Source of the DNA: Tricharina praecox
Lineage: Eukaryota
Direction of reading: 5' to 3'
Assembly: GCF_024521635.1 (NCBI RefSeq)
Contig: NW_026250406.1
Coordinates: 434,001 to 498,000, forward strand
DNA length: 64,000 nt
In this document: piece by piece, positions 62,930 through 64,000 of the stretch
Position numbering within the stretch: position 1 is the stretch's first letter
How the letters are laid out: each line of letters opens with the position of its first letter
The notes under the pieces: generated by a model
Told to the model about the DNA's origin: nothing
Database searches by the model: none
What the model saw: the letters and a program-made list of their open reading frames with translations, nothing else
Made by a program: the position numbers and the translations under genes

Positions 62930-64000
62930 CTTCCTTCACATCCCCATTTTACCTTTCTTGATGGTATGGCGCTTGCCATTGCCTCCGCGACGTTTCCTCA
63001 TTCCGCTGCTTATATAGAACCCAATGTGTTAGATGTATGTCCCTCGTCGTGTTCGGTGGTAGTCGGTGACCTGCCTAGTAATCTTCCTGGTGAACTGACG
63101 GCCGGAAAGGGATTCCCACCCAGCGCAGGATCTACTGGAGTTTCCTCAGTCTCCTCAATCTCCCCAGTCTCTTCGGTCTCTTCAGTCTCTTCAGTCTCTC
63201 TAGTCTCTCTAGTCTCTCTAGTCTCTCTAGCCTGTCTAGCCTCTCTGGCCTCTCTAGCCTCTTTGGCCTCTCTAGCCTCTCCAGTCTCCGCGGCTCCCTT
63301 GCACTTGGCGTTCCCCTCCCTCTAGACAACGACGTTGTCCGGAGGGATCACGTTTCCTTTCTCAAAGGAAACCAGGAGCTCGTAGCTCCGAGGGTCTCAA
63401 AATACCCTCGTGGATTTAGAGATACGTGCAAACCTGCTGGTATGGCTTCGTATCCCCCTTCCCCCTGCATGCCCGCCGCAGTTGAAAATTCCCAGACAAA
63501 CTGGGCAGATCCACTGCGGCACCGCAAGCACCTGATTGTTGGTTAGCTACATAAGCCGCGGCAGAGATACTAAGTGGCAACTTACGTCCTCGAACGGGTC
63601 GAAACCGCAACCCCGCCAGAGATTTCTGGAACACTGGTAGGCCTTGGCACACCGAGTGCACTTGGCCACCCTCCACGTATCGTGCAAAACATTGCACGCG
63701 TGGCAATTGAGGATCTCAGTTTCTTCTCGAGTGCCAGGTCCCCGTCGGTGTTCTCCTAGAATCTAGTCAGTAAACAGTACAAGAAGATGCGGGCGACACA
63801 CATCATACCTCGTCCTCTGCGAGGGACCAGCCCAGGGTCCAACCTCGAGCTGCTCTTGGCAAACAATTGCCAGAGTCTTGCTTGCCAAGTGCTTCAAGCC
63901 CTGTGAAGGGCGAGCGGGCGAAATCCGTGAGGATTCGCAGGATTCTGGATTTGGTTCCCTTGCAGAATGAGGTTGTGGCAGACTCTTCTGGTTCGGGTAT
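62930..64000 (-). pseudogene. zf-4CXXC_R1 (CDCA7-like) zinc-finger gene, disrupted; 5' end beyond the window, 3' end approximate
   Basis: Spliced exons 63755..63586 and 63531..63434 give CHAC..AKCTRCAKAYQCSRNLWRGCGFDPFED|VLAVPQWICPVCLGIFNCG, then a frameshift to ACRGKGDTKPY. In-frame stops upstream and downstream; 9-bp low-complexity repeat at 63135-63290. Confidence 0.55.

Overview
Eukaryotic genomic DNA from a filamentous ascomycete: short GT..AG introns with CTRAY branch points; the LINE family suggests Pezizomycetes, which is inference only. The window is gene-sparse and microsatellite-rich. Gene models I rebuilt by hand: a secreted PHM-like copper-monooxygenase-fold protein (6 exons), a Ser/Thr protein kinase, a convergent 67-aa three-exon microprotein, a low-complexity hypothetical protein, two other secreted proteins, a NADAR-family hydrolase, a tandem Myb-like-domain protein, an MFS sugar porter (lactose/cellodextrin permease type), an orthodox aquaporin, and a secreted WSC protein with KR-delimited peptide repeats. 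A zf-4CXXC_R1 (CDCA7-like) pseudogene lies at the right edge. There are five tRNA genes: an intron-containing tRNA-Asp(GTC) and two pairs of tRNA-Thr(AGT)+tRNA-Thr(CGT) that bracket the ~22-kb transporter segment. The 25-36 kb region is accessory and repeat-rich. It holds two tandem ~2.4-kb cassettes with an identical 343-bp head, diverged intron-containing genes (one with a C2H2 finger) and a shared tail module, plus a hAT transposase remnant and a nest of 5'-truncated LINE insertions, two with clear target-site duplications. No database searches were run; family calls rest on motifs recognised by eye.
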